Part shown: one piece after another, positions 60,054 to 60,595 of the stretch
How positions within the stretch are numbered: the stretch's first letter is position 1
Layout: each line of letters begins with the position of its first letter
From: an uncultured Candidatus Saccharibacteria bacterium
Lineage (GTDB): Bacteria; Patescibacteriota; Saccharimonadia; Saccharimonadales; UBA7683
Reading direction: 5' to 3'
Length of the DNA: 60,595 bases
NCBI GenBank assembly: GCA_964541305.1
Contig: CAZIPE010000004.1
Location: 1-60,595, forward strand
The notes under the pieces: generated by a model
What the model was told of the DNA's origin: nothing
The model's input: only the letters and a program-made list of their open reading frames with translations
Databases searched by the model: none
Position numbers and translations under genes: made by a program

Positions 60054-60595
60054 GTGAAGAAGTACATACAAAGTTTCATAGCAATAATGCTTATTACAAC
60101 TGGTCTCATTGGCTCATCATTGTTTACGGTTTCAGTATTTGCGCAAGCACCACCAACCACACCGCCACCAACCACAGGAACACCGGCCAGCTCAGCTTGT
60201 GATGGCATCAAGGCTGCGGGTGGGTCATGTGATACTGCTGCGGGTAACGAAGGATTTTATAATCTTATGAAAGTCGTTGTAAACACACTTAGCGTTGTGG
60301 TCGGTGCGGTGTGCGTAGTGATGATTATCGTTGGCGGCTTTCGTTATGTTATTTCGGCCGGTGATAGCAACGCATTAGGTGCTGCCAAGAACACCATTCT
60401 CTACGCCCTCGTTGGCCTGGTTATTGTATTGTTTGCTCAGGTGATTGTTCAATTTGTTTTTGTAAATGCCAACCAGAGCGCTACTCCCACTGGTGGTTCA
60501 TGTGATCCTGCTGATCCCGCCTGCGCCACACCGCCACCAACCACACCGCCACCAACCACACCGCCACCAACCACACCGCCACCAACCACACCGCC
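60054..60595 (+). CDS. VirB2/TrbC-like T4SS pilin paralogue 5 with Pro/Thr-repeat extensions; 3' end off the window (not in the supplied ORF track)
   Basis: Hand translation from GTG 60054 gives MKKYIQSFIAIMLITTG...FAQAPPTTPPPTTGTPASSACDGIKAAGGSCDT...VGGFRYVISAGDSNALGAAKNTILYALVGLVIV...GGSCDPADPACATPPPTTPPPTT... The frame is still open at the window end. Confidence 0.6.
   Translation, partial: MKKYIQSFIAIMLITTGLIGSSLFTVSVFAQAPPTTPPPTTGTPASSACDGIKAAGGSCDTAAGNEGFYNLMKVVVNTLSVVVGAVCVVMIIVGGFRYVISAGDSNALGAAKNTILYALVGLVIVLFAQVIVQFVFVNANQSATPTGGSCDPADPACATPPPTTPPPTTPPPTTPPPTTP
60526..60595 (+). repeat. Perfect 15-bp tandem repeat (ccacaccgccaccaa; encodes PPPTT), at least 4.6 copies, running off the window
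   Basis: Direct reading finds identical units at 60526, 60541, 60556 and 60571, and a partial unit at 60586. A related copy lies at about 60148..60176 in the same gene. Confidence 0.9.

Noticed and set aside
44409-60595. Interpreting the T4SS locus as an integrated conjugative element or plasmid remnant
   Set aside because: No relaxase, coupling ATPase, integrase or flanking repeats are present in the window. One flank is dnaN with overlapping 3' ends, and the composition matches the housekeeping genes by eye. I cannot fully exclude it without the sequence beyond 60595.

Overview
This window appears to be the replication-origin neighbourhood of a small, tightly packed bacterial genome. Gene content suggests a monoderm Patescibacteria/CPR (Saccharibacteria-like) episymbiont, but that is an inference I cannot verify from this window. 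The genetic code is standard: TGA, TAA and TAG all terminate recognisable genes.

Layout:
1. 1-1.6 kb: a 5'-truncated large serine recombinase whose 3' end overlaps tRNA-Asn(GUU). This is probably the edge of an integrated element.
2. 1.6-39.5 kb: a ~38 kb cell-surface glycan mega-locus. It holds a LexA-like wHTH regulator, GtrA, an O-antigen-ligase-like protein, a WbaP-like initiating transferase, glmS, a PMM/PGM mutase and rfbBCDA. It also holds a nucleotide-sugar dehydrogenase with a UXS-like decarboxylase, about 11 GT2/GT4 glycosyltransferases and 3 large GT-C-like polytopic proteins. A DegT aminotransferase, an ATP-grasp-HAD fusion, a TylF-type methyltransferase and a Wzm/Wzt ABC exporter complete it. 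A four-helix-bundle (23S rRNA IVS-type) ORF inside the locus is bracketed by 27-nt inverted repeats.
3. 39.5-44.4 kb: the classical origin set jag-yidC-rnpA-rpmH / dnaA-dnaN, with DnaA boxes. rpmH is not in the supplied ORF track.
4. 44.4-60.6 kb: the most interesting part, a chromosomal type IV secretion-like apparatus. An eight-gene minus-strand operon encodes a VirB6/TrbL-like giant, a PrgI/VirB3-like protein, a VirB4 ATPase, an M15/LAS-peptidase giant, an M23 peptidase and three unassigned anchored proteins. It is read divergently from at least five tandem VirB2/T4SS-pilin-like paralogues. No relaxase, coupling ATPase or VirB11 is visible in the window.

All functional calls rest on motif and family recognition by eye. 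No searches were run.
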